From Phallusia mammillata (taxonomy: Eukaryota), in contig OZ281501.1 of NCBI GenBank assembly GCA_965637545.1, positions 19,034,001 to 19,098,000 on the forward strand: a stretch of 64,000 nt of DNA. Direction: 5' to 3'. Below, piece after piece: positions 12,228-24,759 of the stretch (positions are counted from its first letter, which is position 1; each line of letters opens with the position of its first letter). The position numbers and the translations under genes are program-made. The notes beneath the pieces are model-generated. The model ran no database searches. It was not told the DNA's origin and saw nothing but the letters and a program-made list of their open reading frames with translations.

Positions 12228-12384
12228 ATAAGAATTTAATGTTGCTGGATATTCCTGGTGTACGATGGCAAAGTCATAGTCATACGTCGTTGAGTTATAA
12301 CTGGGATGATTCGAGAAGCTTGAAACGGAGATAATCTGCCCTGGTTCCTTCCAATTAATAGTTTCCAACACCACTATAACGACG
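12228..12384 (-). pseudogene. Isolated trypsin-like protease exon (catalytic Asp region)
   Basis: SVVIVVLETINWKEPGQIISVSSFSNHPSYNSTTYDYDFAIVH, flanked by cag/ and /gtaagt. Confidence 0.75.
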
Positions 12385-12601
12385 CTGCAAAACATAGAGA
12401 AAAATTCAGGCAAACGAAATACCGTTTGTGCACGTCTGACTTTTCCTCGCTTAAATACGTCTGCAGCCAGGAAAAGCTGCGGTTATGTCATTTCAGTCTG
12501 ACTCGCTGGAACGTATTGAAGCAAGCAAAAGTCATTTCTGTACAACTTACATATTACGCCTTGCTGGGAAGACTTTATTGTAACTATATATTGCATGTAT
12601 C

Positions 12602-12781
12602 CTGTGGTGGGATTCAGCCGGTTCGCACCGGTTCTATAGAACCGTCTCACGAATTTTTATGAGATCAGCGAACCGGTTAGCATTTCTGGTTACTGTCAAT
12701 GGACTTTTTGTGACAGAACCGGCTGAAAAATATGACTTTTGTGATAGAACCGGCTGACAAAAAAATTGAATGCTATCACTG
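12602..12781. mobile_element. hAT MITE
   Basis: 8-bp TSD CATGTATC; imperfect TIR CTGTGGTGGGATTCA / TGAATGCTATCACTG; GAACCGG subterminal repeats. Confidence 0.8.
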
Positions 12782-14042
12782 CATGTATCTCTTTATTGTT
12801 ATTTTTTATTGTATGTTTACTGAATTATATCATACCACAATTGATTTTTTCAGGTGTATAAAAGCACAAGCAACCTGATAAGTTTTACAAACGTTTTATT
12901 TTCACAAACAAAACAACACAAATTTATTCGAATTCATCAGACATATCAGCACACACGATACACATTACATCATTGTTGGTTTAAACCAGTGTTTACACGC
13001 AAACGTGCCGATGACAGCGAAACGATTTTGTGGCATTTGCGGTGGAACAATGGTGCTTTGTCTACACGAGCTGTTTACAGGTTCACCTTTTCCCACTGAG
13101 ATGAACAAAGCGGCTACTCAGGCAGACGTATGAATAACCGATTGTCTTTCCAACAAATTATCAGTTACCGTGATGTCATTACGTGTCAGTTTGTTATAAA
13201 ACAAGTCACTGTTTGTTACAGGGTCCTTTGCAACTCATGTTTTCCCACAACATTTTTTGGCTTGTTAACAGTTTGCCTGATAAAACAAAGGAACCAAGAA
13301 AGTATTTTTGCTCAATTAAGTAACACTCGATAAACTTGAAATGCTTGCAGGGAACAAATGTAACTTTGTTTGTTTACAAATCCAGTTAGTAGGCGATCTG
13401 CTTTAGCCCGCCTATTTTTGTAAGGAAGTCAACTACTTTTTAATTTTTTTTTTTGCGGTTTCAGGCACACTAAAATATTTTTTTGTAATTCACAAACCTT
13501 TGACATATCACCATTTTTGTAGCAGACATTATAACATTTTAATTTGTTGTGCGCATGACCGCGACTCCTCGATATATTGGCAAAAGAACCGTTTTTTTAA
13601 AAAGATAATGAAAAAGTTTGAGAACCACTGAGTTAAATAAATATGAATAGCAGATGCTTAAAATTCACAATGGTCGATTGGAGAAAAACAACGGTTGGCG
13701 GTTAATGAAACAACCTGCAGTATATTTCGAAACTAAAATAACGGGCATGAATTTATTGCAAAAATAAACTTACTGCCACATACTTGCAAATGGGGAGAAA
13801 ACACAAACTTGTAAATATTACAGGCAATTTTATATAGCAGCGATGAGAAGCAAGCGTCAAACTTATTGTTTGTTTATTTGTTGCTTCAAAGTTAGGATAA
13901 GCGTCACTGAATTGAACTCATTCTTACCAGATATATAAAAGCACAACCAAGCTTACTAGGTTTGCAAATGTTTTATTTTTACAAACGAAACAACACAAAC
14001 TTTAATGTAGATTCGAATTCATCAGACATATCAGCACACACG

Positions 14043-14140
14043 ATACACATTACGTTATTGCTGGTTTAATACACATTACATCATTGCTGGTTTAATACAC
14101 ATTACATCATTGCTGGTTTAATACGCATTACATCATTGTT
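14043..14140. repeat. 26-bp minisatellite (TACACATTACATCATTGCTGGTTTAA)n; copy number 1-4 among paralog upstream regions
   Basis: About 4 units here, ~3 at 25149-25230 and 47338-47420, and 1 at ~12958. Confidence 0.8.
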
Positions 14141-15115
14141 AGGATATACCAGTGTTTGCACGCGAAAGTGGCAATGACTGTGAAATAGGTGTGTGTGTGA
14201 CATTTGCGGTGGAACAATGGTGCTTTGTCTAAACGAGCTGTTTACAGGTTCACCTCGTCCCACTGAGATGAACAAATCGGCTACTCAGGCAGGTGTATGA
14301 ATAAGTGATTGTCTTTCCAACGAATTCTCGGTTACCGTGATGGCATTACGTCAGCTTGTTATGAAGCAAGTCACTGTTTGTTACAGCGTCCTTTGCTACT
14401 CATATTTACCCACAAGTTTGAAGTAGCGCAACGTTTTCTGGCTTATTTACTGTTTGCCTGATGAAACACAGGAACCAATAAAGTACTTTTGCTCAATTAC
14501 ATAACACTCGATATAACTTGAACTGCATGCGGGGGTCAAATGCAACTTTGTTCGTTTACAAATCCAGTCAGCAGGAGATCTGCTTAAATTTTGTTTATGA
14601 TATAATTTTGTTAACTTTATCGAGTTTCGTTTTTGGTTTGCATAGAGCAGAGTTTTCCAAAGTTAGATTGCCTAAAAAATCTTTTTGATCGCCGATTTTT
14701 GTAAGAAAATCATCTAATTTTTTATATTGCTTCATAGCCTACCTTTTTCCCATAGTTAAGTCATTTAATCAATTTTATGACACAATGGAATATTTTCCCT
14801 TAATTTACACAACTTTGACCTTTGACATGCCACAATTTTTGTTGCAGAAATTATAACGTTTTAACTTGCAGTAGTGTTTCGAAGTTATTTGTCGAAGTTA
14901 TTTACAGGCTCTCCCTCCAAATGCACCGACGTCATGGAACAAACACCGGCAAGTAGTCGAAAAAAGGGCGATTGTTTCAGTATCGGTTGCCATGGTGACA
15001 GCACGAGAGACGTTTTAGAAAAAGAAGCCTTTTTTGCTTGAGGCACTTTTGCCATATATTTATATATGCCTTGAAGTGACCAAAATTAATCATTTGCTTT
15101 TAATCTTCGAGCAGG

Positions 15116-16891
15116 ATGTATTTGTTTCCTAAGCTTGTTTTCCTCTTGACAATCATCGATGCGTCATATTGTCATGACAACCACCAGCAAAAATATTTGG
15201 TTTGTCGGCCACTTGACAGTTTGTTTGAGCAACAACTTTCAAGTTCATTGAATCAGTCAACACTAAGAGGACCTCCAGGTCGGCCAGGTAAACGCGGACC
15301 TCCTGGTTATAAAGGTGACCAAGGTCAACCTGGTCCGGTTGGACCCCAGTCATTGCTGAATTGGACCCGAATCGACAATCGTATAAGTGAAATAATTAAT
15401 GGTAAGACTTTAGTTTTCTTTTGTTAATAAGATAAGAAATTTTAACCGCTGTCCGAATTCTTAATATAAACCTGACAACAAAATCAAAGCTTAAAACACG
15501 AATTTACAAAACTATGTTATGCCAATACATTTACTAATTGCTACTGCAAATGCACTAAAATTGGTTGTGGAAATGCTTTCAAATAATGCGTCAAATAGTA
15601 AGTAACCAAGTATGCAATAATTCTGAAACTTTTAGTGTCACTGGTGAGTTCCCAGAAATACATGGTGGCAGAATTACAGCTTTGACGTCACGCATGTAGC
15701 AGGTAAATCCCAACACAAGTGACAAACTTCCTACAGGAGCTGGTTAACTGGTTGTTTTCCTCGCAAACTCCAGTATTTCTTAAATATAATCCTCACATAT
15801 CAAATCCTCATGGGGGTTCATCACTGAGCCGGTGTAGTTTAAAGCGCGAGTCCTGGAAAGACTCCTTTTGTGGATTCGAATCCCACCACAGGCTAGATTT
15901 TTCTTTTTCCAATAGCCGTCCGAAATTCAGGCGTAAATGCTATGTTTTGAATTTTAGCGTCTAGTACCCTATTCTGCAGTAGTTTTCACAGTTGTTTTTA
16001 CATAAATGCATCAACAATCGAAAAGCATTAACTGACAAACATTTACTTATTTGACGTCTTAAATATTGAAGTTAATAACCATCTTTAACAATTTGGCGCA
16101 ATATCGTGCAAACAAATTTGCTCTAAAATTGGAATTACCTCAAATTTAGCACAGTTGCGACAACATTGACACAAACAAGCCAATAAATTTGCCACTCCGA
16201 CAATGTCAGTCATTATTTGTAAAGGTGAAACTTCTTTCTATTTGCAGAACAAAGAAACTGTACAGGAGTCGTGTACAGAGATCATTGCTACTGGCTACCG
16301 TGGATTGTTGCAACATGGAGTGGTCACGCTGGAAAGTCGGCAGCTGCATATGTTTGTAGTTCTTACGGAGCCACATTGGTTGACATAGAGACTAAAGAAC
16401 AATATGATGTACTTTACAAATACATTGGAAAAGCTTGGCAGATGTACGTTGATCAACCGACATACGATTTTGTTCGAGTGTGGTTGGCATCAAGTTACAC
16501 GGTGAGTGTTTCATTTCTTACAATCGACAACTCATTGTGAAGGGAACAGTGTTAACAAAGACAAACAAATTTATATTGAGGAACTACTTAAATAGTTGTT
16601 TAACTTTTACTATTTTATAGGTGTTTAGTAAAAACAAATAGTTTAAGTAAGTCAGTCGTAAATAGATTGATTAGCTGGTTTCATGTTGTGGCCAATCAAC
16701 GTTAATTTGTTTAGAATGGAAATGCGGTGAGCTCCACAGGTGGGAGCGTTTACACACGATGGTATAGCGGCTATCCTAACAACAACCCTGGTATCGGATG
16801 GATTGTGAGAGAACCTACATATTCTGGGGCTTCCGGGATGCAGACAATTACCGAGAGTTATCAAAACGCTCTGCCGTTCTGTCGCCTGTAA
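15116..16891 (+). CDS. Collectin-like protein paralog 2; join(15116-15401,16248-16501,16715-16891), 238 aa, short collagen (9 Gly-X-Y)
   Basis: Signal peptide [19 protein letters not shown]; collagen [27 protein letters not shown]; neck [13 protein letters not shown]; CTLD-like C..HCYW...[15 protein letters not shown]...W..GYP..FCRL. Donors G/gtaag and ACG/gtgag and acceptors cag/ and tag/ give a continuous frame. Confidence 0.85.
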
Positions 16892-19800
16892 ATTACCTTT
16901 TAAATTGTTTTTCAGAAACAATAAAATATTCACTAGCCTGTTTCTGTGATAAATTAATTAAACCCAAAGACTTTGTCAAGCTTAATTCAAGTTAAATGAT
17001 CGCATCGGCAAATATCGCAATATCGTTGCCTTTTTTCAAGTTTTTGTTAACCTAACCCAAATGTACACATGTTTGTTAACTAACCGATATAACTTTGTCA
17101 CAAACGGTATTTTGTAAATATTTAAAAACTCACAATTTAAAATGTATTGAAACCTGCGCTTTGTCGGGTTTTTGCTGGAGTAGAAAAATATCGAGTTTGG
17201 GATGTGAGGAAAAATAATAGAGTATAAAGACCAGCTTCGGTCTAAATGACAATTAACATTTATTTTGGTGTTGTTTGGTAATTTTTCTGCCGCAGCGCGT
17301 TGTACCAAATTTTTAAACTTGTTGTTATTTCATTGTTAATAAATTCAATTGGGTGTTGCAAATGTGTGTTTTATGCGGTTTAAAGTAAAACCAGTAGGAT
17401 ATTGGTTTGACAGCAGCAAGAGCATGAAGACCAACATCTTAGGTTGAATGTGCACAAAAAGTAGATCAAAGTTTCAATTCTACATTAAATGCTGCGTCTA
17501 AGTTTAACATTAAAGCATCATACGTTTTCTTTTCAAGGTTGCAGGGCAACTGTCGCACGTCATGTATGTTTGAAGGTAGTTTTTTCGCCAATGTCGCAAG
17601 CAAGTAACTTTTTAATTTTATAAGGCTCTCGTTTCATGATCCAAAGATCGTGTGTTCAAATCCCTCAAAATCCGAAAATCGCTTAAACATGATAAGTTAA
17701 TGAATAATAACGTCTCAATTTTATTTCATGTTAAAACGTTTCTTCAATCTTGTCCATGTAAAACTCTCACAAACAAGCAAAGTTTAATGTTGCAAACTTG
17801 CTGCAAACAAGCAGGTGATTGGTTGGCCAAAACACGTGACGGCTTGATTGAGCAAACGAGAACCCCGCAGGCAACTGAATTGGGGATTCCGAAGCTGACT
17901 TGCAGGGGCACCAAGGTTGATATAAAAGCAAAGAGCTGATTCCACGCGCTTTTAAACACGTTTTCCTGGGAGCGGATGATAGAAGCTGCAGGTAAGTTTG
18001 GGTTGAATAAATAAGATATGTGGTGTTAGATGTTATAATGCTTAAACGCCATTGTGTATTCACATACATTTTGTAACATAGGGTATTTACTGTATTGTTT
18101 TAATGTATAAGTATAAATACCAAACATTGTAATGATTACGCATATAGCGATTTGTTTTAATCTCTGAATTGTATAACCTAATCATGTACACGTGGTAACA
18201 AAGTAACAAATAGGTTAGCAACCGAATTAACTAATTACTGCATAGTTGTTGAACTCAAACGTGTGATGGCCTGTTCCATCGAGAAACATGTATCTTATCA
18301 TATGCTCGTTATAACGTTACGTATATTAGGTATAGTTTGAATATATAAGGTTAAAACCGAATAAATTACTGATTATCGCATATAATTGTGCGAGATATCA
18401 AACGTAACGTGTAGTAAACTGTCGCTTTTACAAACTGTATTGAAAGTGTAGTTGGTTTAGGAATGAATAGCTAGCTTCCTAGTTAGCTTATCAGAGCGGT
18501 TGGTAGCAATCCTTGTATGCTTTGGGAAACAACTGCTTTTGCCTTAGGTTAATTGGTTTCTGTGTTTTATGCCTTTCGAAACTGCTGATGTGAAGCAACC
18601 GTCTTTAACTGAATGCTCGAGTGATACTGTTTGTAGTTGTGCGTTTTGTCTTCCCACTGGTAAAGTTAATTTCTCTTAAAAGCAGCACTACGCTCGTTTT
18701 CAATATATTAAGATCAGGCCACACTCGTTTATGAATTAGTATACGCCAGGTTTATATGAGGCTTCATACCGAATTAGATGCTTGGGGGACCAGATTTACT
18801 CGGTATAACGCCTCTAATATGCCTGGCGTAATCTATTTCTATTACAGAGTAACAATTTATTTTCTCACTATAACTAGAGAAATCTATTGATAATCGTAAT
18901 GCAAGTTTGTAGGGCATATGCACAATTTATTTGGTTATAAATATCTTGAATTATTGATGTTTACTTTACACTAATTGCAACTTACATATTTTTCAGCTGT
19001 TACGTCACAATGTCGTGATTGATGACGATGGCTCTGTATGACGTCATATTGACAAAACCGGTTTGTTAATTGTTTCTGCTCGGGACGATTTTGAAACACT
19101 TAGGGATTTACCCAGAACCTTGTTTTATTTTTCCTATTTTTTTGTTTACTTTTTTTCTCTCCCCTTTTATTCTTTTTTATTCTGAACTTGTTTTTTTCGC
19201 CGCATTATATAATATCGAGGGTGTGCACGGCCCTTTATATTATTTTTGCGGATTTTTGAAACAAGGTTTCTGGGTTACTTACTACGCGCATAAACGGCAC
19301 CTTAACTTAGTTTATTAACGTTTAATAACGGCATTTAATTGTTTAACTCTGAAACCGGTTTTGTCACACTAAATGACAACTTTGCAACCATCCAACGAAC
19401 CTGAACGGAACTGAAGCCCCAGTGGTGAGTTTTAGAAGGGCAACTTGTTTTCCCTTTGTCGCATGCGGGCGCATAATGCGTTGTGGCGAACCTTCTATAG
19501 ATAAAAGTTTCTATTTATATACTGAAGACGTCCGTTTAGGACAATTGTATAGGCTTTGTTTGAGTCTACAGCGTTGGGTCCTGGCCCGCGAGGCAATTTT
19601 TCATGGCACGCCAAGCGGTTTGTGGGTTCATATTAGCGTGCGTATATTTATTAGCTACATTAAGAGTTTTACGAAATAAATAACGTCACATGTATGTTAT
19701 TGGGTTTTTATTAGTATTGTTGATTTGACTGCAGCTGAGTGGAGACGACGGGATAAGGAAGCGACGATGATCAGATTCATATATCCGGACCAAAGGAGTT

Positions 19801-22463
19801 GACTTGAGTTGATCAACCAACAAATCCGCAAGTACCAGGAACAGGTTACTATGTTTGTTTTGTCGCTTGAGTGACGTAACCATTAGTGACGTCATGTTGG
19901 TTACGTCATTCACCCCCTTTAAGTTCTTATTGAAAGTATCTTATTCCCTTCTGAAGATGCCTATTACTGCATATGTGAAATATATGTTTGTGTGCCTGTA
20001 TTAATTAAAGGGTGAATGATTCCAGATAAGTTTTCAGTCAGTAATGATACGCGACTGTTGTCTCCATCTCTCGTACTGAGTCTCTGGTGACTCGTGATTA
20101 TACAATAAACAACACAGATTATGTGGATAATAAGGGTACTTTTTCGAGAAAATGAGGGTTTTTTGGTGAAATAAATTTCCACGTTTGTTGCACATTGCTG
20201 TGTTTTAAACGTTGTTTGTCTGCAGCTGAGTGAGACGACAGGATGGACCATCGGTCGGGTCCAGATCTACAGGAGTTGACGAACGAATCAGCAAACATTG
20301 GAAACAACGACATCAGGAAAGGAACGAGGTAACTTTGTTGAAATGAATCTAAACTTGTACGCCAGGCTTAATATAGATGTTGTAAGAAACCCAAGCGCAC
20401 ATCCATGCATTTTTATATGGGGAAGCGTGAAGTGGAAAAATCTAGCCTGCGGTGGGATTCGAACCCATGATGTGTGTTGTTCTTTAAATCGCAGTTTTTA
20501 TAAATTAGCCACTTAGGGTGATTTTGACAACACTAGTAAGCAAAGCACTAAAGTATGGTTCGTAACAGACAAGCAAAACACACTACATTTTTCAACCTAC
20601 CCATGTTGTCAAACCAAGTCGCGGTGCCCTTTGCGCCGCTCGCTTCTCCAGTGAGATCCCAACTTCTGTGTCACTTGTTAGTAGTCTTAAAGGTAGTCTA
20701 CTTCACTTACCCTACGTTCCCCATATATGTATTACCGTTGGCTTATTTTTAACCTAGGGATTTTCGTAACCTCTACCTGATCCTGTGTCACTAATGTAGT
20801 GTTTGTGTTATTCTCGGGAATGCTTGGGGAGACCGGCTGATTCGGTATAACGCCTTAAATAGGCCTGTTGTACAATGATTTATAAATGAGTGTGCCGTGA
20901 TCGCTGGTCTGCAAGGACGCTTCAGGGCTGATCCCAGTTACAAGTTAACATATCAGTAATTTATGTATTTTTAGGCATTCCAACCAGCTATATATTTTAT
21001 GAACTTTCCATGTAACTTATAACAGACGCAGGCCTAGCAAAACTACAACTTTACATTTATTTCCAGGAACTACACCACATTTACTTGGATTACGCAAGAA
21101 ACAACTCATTCTCTCCATCGAACAAGAAACTTAAATTCCGATAAGTCACATTTCGAGTCTGTCGTGTAATTTACCAAAGTGGTTCCAAGAGAATAATTTT
21201 AATTTAACTCCAAACTTTTAATATAATTTCACGACTTGATAGTAGTTTTTACTTTATGGACCCTATTGTAGATTTTTTACTGTTTTTTATAAACTTTTTA
21301 TTTGCATGTCCCGTTATCGGGTTTTGCTTCCAAAACTTGGACGACATAAAATGCACGACAAACTCTTTGCATGTGTTTGGACTAACTGTGTGTTTTTAAT
21401 TTGTTTAGGCTAATTGTTCTTGTGTTATACTTGTTTTGGCTAAACTTGTAAGGCTAATTGTTTTTGTGTTAAACTGTGTTTAGGCTAAATGTGTTAGGCT
21501 AATTGGGAATTTAAAGGGGGGGTCCACGATGGCGGTTTAACTTGGTTAGTTTACAAAACCTCTACATTAGCCCCCATTCACAAATAACAAGTTTAAGCTA
21601 ACTAGGTAATTTGTCATGGAACCTAATTTTTGTTATATAACTCCCATGTTTATAAGTAGTGTTAATTTTAACAGTACAATATTTACTACATTACTACTAA
21701 GGCCCCTTCTATGCCCCGGTTACAAATTGGTTTTAAAACTAAAGGCCGTCGTTAAAAGTGCTATTAAACCATAGTTGGATAACCTTAGTTTTTAAAATCC
21801 CTGACCTTAATAACATCAAATTATTGTATAACCTATAGTTTTTAGGGCCCTTTTATCCAATGTCACAGTTGCGCCTTGGTACTTAAGCCACAGTTTTTAA
21901 ACCGTATTCTTTTCCTAAACTGAAATACTTTACATAAATTTTTAACCATCTAATCTTAGTTTAGTCTTTCATTTTTTATGTTTATAATTACTTTACTAAT
22001 CGCCATTACTATTCCCAGATTCCAATATACCCAGCTACAATGTGGGAAGTTAAGACCGAGGATTGGGCGGTTAAACTGTCAAAAAATCCTTCCTTGGTTT
22101 TAAGTACGTTTAAATCCCATTTATCAAAGGTACTTGATCCACCAGTTTTTACGCTTTCAACTCGAATATCATGGGTAATAATGATAAAGTTAATGGGATA
22201 CCCGGAACCTTGTTTCATGATCTATTTTTATTTTCTTTTACTTCACTTCTCTTTTATTCTTTACAATCCTTGCAATTTTATTTTGCCGCATTATATAATA
22301 TGGGCGATTCGTGCACTGTCTCCCATATTATTTTTGCGGATTTTAAACAAGGTTCCGGGATTATTTTTGCGCATAAACTGTGATATAAATTTCAAAAAAA
22401 CGTAATTACGTCTTTACCGGAACTTTGCATAGTTATATTTTTCTGGTGGACCAAATACTCTGT

Positions 22464-22650
22464 CCCCTAACACCTTACGTCGTAGTAGGGAAATTCCCAT
22501 TAGCGCGCCCCCTCTCCTAACAAGTTACGTCATATTAGGGAAATTCCCAAAAGCGCGTCCCCTCCCCCTAATGTGATACCTCATAGTAGGGAAATTCCCT
22601 ACAGCGCCTTTTCCTCCCCTAACACGTTACGTCAAAGTAGGGGAATTCCT
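22464..22650. promoter_or_regulatory. Second kB/CRE tandem array
   Basis: GGGAAATTCCC at 22488, 22538 and 22589; GGGGAATTCC at 22640. Confidence 0.6.
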
Positions 22651-22914
22651 GTTTGCTCAAGAAAACACAATTTGGCGCTGTATTAATTTTTCAACTTAGT
22701 TCCTTTTCAGTGAAGTTTTGTATTCTACTTGTAATCCGCCTAAACCGCAATAGTAGTTAAGCGTGTGTGTGTTGTGAGGGTTTTAATACTTAATGTTTAA
22801 TTGGTAAAATAAGTCTAAATATGTTTTTATTTGTAAATAGTTTTGTTAACACTAATGTATTTATGTTTAAATATATTTGTTTGTTTTTCTGTTTCTTGAT
22901 AATACTAGTGGTAT

Positions 22915-23054
22915 GTTTGTGTGTGTGTGTGTGTTTGTGTTTGTGTGTTTGTGTGTGTTTGTGTGTGTATGTTTGTGTTACTGTTTTTACTAGGAGTTTA
23001 TCCCCGTTTGTATAGCTTAATTGTTTGTAGCTGTAGTGTATGTTCATAATATAA

Positions 23055-23085
<31 letters not shown>
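22915..23085. repeat. (GT)n and (TA)n microsatellites (also at ~10710-10880 and 43445-43570)
   Basis: Directly visible dinucleotide runs. Confidence 0.85.
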
Positions 23086-23599
23086 TGTTTATGATGTTTT
23101 GTGAAGTTTTATGGTTGTTAATGCTGTTTAATTTACTTTGCCATGTTTTCAGTTTGCGCTTTTCGTGCGCCAGTCTGTTTTCCTCGTTTCGGTTGTAGTT
23201 CTGCACCGAACGAGGGTTTCTCTACTGCCTTAGACGAAACCCATTGCGTGGGTTGACACCTTGACGCGGTGCAATGGCTTTTAAACCAAGATCAACCTGC
23301 AGAACCCAGTGTTCGATTCAGTGTTATATGATGACCAACGACTTCGGAAAACTTTGGAAAATACTTGTTCGTGCATTAGTTTAGTTTATTTCTGCTTTAT
23401 TTTTTACTGGAGTTGTTGTATCGCAGTAAAGTTACACATACGAAGTAAAAAACACGAGGTTTCCTAGGAAAGTTTAGGCAGAATGAAGTAAATTATTGAT
23501 AGCTCAGTTGTGACCTAAGTAACATTTAAGTGGGAACCCATGAGTTGCTTCTTTTCTGCTAGAGCCATGCGTTACTTCTGAACGCATAGGTTGCCTTGG

Positions 23600-24545
23600 A
23601 TGATGGCATGAGCGTTTGCCGAAACGTTTGAAAATGTGACAAAACCCTTCGATATTTTGATCTTTTAAACCCCCTTGTATACACAGATTCAATTTGTCTC
23701 AGAAAAGATAATTTGTACAATTGTTTCCTGCAAAATATGTCAATTCCGGAGAACAATAACAAGTTAAACAAAATATAAACAAGCACTAACCAACATTAAC
23801 CAAAGGGTTTAAGTTATTTGGTTTTACTGCTTAAAGCACTGTTGTCTGTAATTTTTGACATGTATGTAGAATGCAAGCTGAAGACAGTGCACACTGTATG
23901 ATGCGTTGGCGCCCACTTGCGGTCAGTGTAAACTCTGCACTGGGTTTTCGTCACATTGATCTATAATGAACAAAATAATGGTTTAATCCAGTAATTCTGA
24001 ATCTTTTTCAAATCTTTTGCACACTCAATTTCCTCTTTTAATGTTTACCATTAAGTAAAATACAAATCTGATTAAAATAAACTTTCATAGTGCGCCAGGC
24101 CCATTGAAGTCGTCATTACGAATCAAGCCAATCATCAAACTTACCTATAGGGGCATAAAATATGAAGTCAACTTTGTTTTAATTTAAAGCCTGATTCGAA
24201 TCATTGGTGACCAACTAAATCTCTTGTATATGGTTAAACATACTTTCGTTACATTAACATAACTTAAAACCTCAATAGTGTTGGTGGAAGCTAGAGCAAT
24301 TTCCAAATGGGCCACAAAGTTAACTGCGCCTGATATCTGCACATTAGGCTAAAAAAAAAAACTTTTCGTAACCAATAATAAAACGTATGTTATAAAATGC
24401 TCTGTTTCTTGTAGAGAGACCGCCAACTTAAAACACATTTTTTTAGTTCCGTTTCTGCGTATTTTGTTAGTTCATGGAGACGACAAGGCAATGCTTTTAT
24501 CGGACGTTCGTCACATGTGGAGGTGGGAAGGGACCTCTGCAACTA
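23600..24545 (-). pseudogene. Unidentified decayed coding-like segment (partial copies ~11400-12150 and ~46190-46750)
   Basis: Acceptor-like ttcctag/ followed by a stop-interrupted reading (LPTSTCDERPIKALPCRLHEL...LCGPFGNCSS...). No recognisable family. Confidence 0.25.
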
Positions 24546-24610
24546 GGAAATAAATCACAAGATTAACATTGGGCTCAGAAAAAATCTTCATCAATATTTT
24601 GCTTACTTAC

Positions 24611-24759
24611 ATAAGAATTTAATGTTGCTGGATAATCCAGGTACGCGATGGCAAAGTCATAGTCCTGTATCCTTGAGTTATAACTGGGATAAGCTTGAAA
24701 CGGAGATAATCTGTCCTGGCTCTCTCCAATTAATAGTTTCCAACACCGCTATAACGACG
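24611..24759 (-). pseudogene. Decayed trypsin-like protease exon (Asp region)
   Basis: Paralogous to 12228-12384 with indels; splice sites retained. Confidence 0.65.

Larger units (their letters stand above)
17620..23460 (+). repeat. Representative copy of the ~6-kb inter-collectin segmental duplication block (others ~480-2260, 6380-11400, 37450-44190, 59150-64000)
   Basis: Long colinear near-identical stretches, differing by indels and TE insertions. Confidence 0.85.

Noticed and set aside
22790-23206. 138-aa minus ORF with HT/YI repeats
   Set aside because: Mostly read-through of (GT)n/(TA)n microsatellites; not conserved as an ORF in sister copies.
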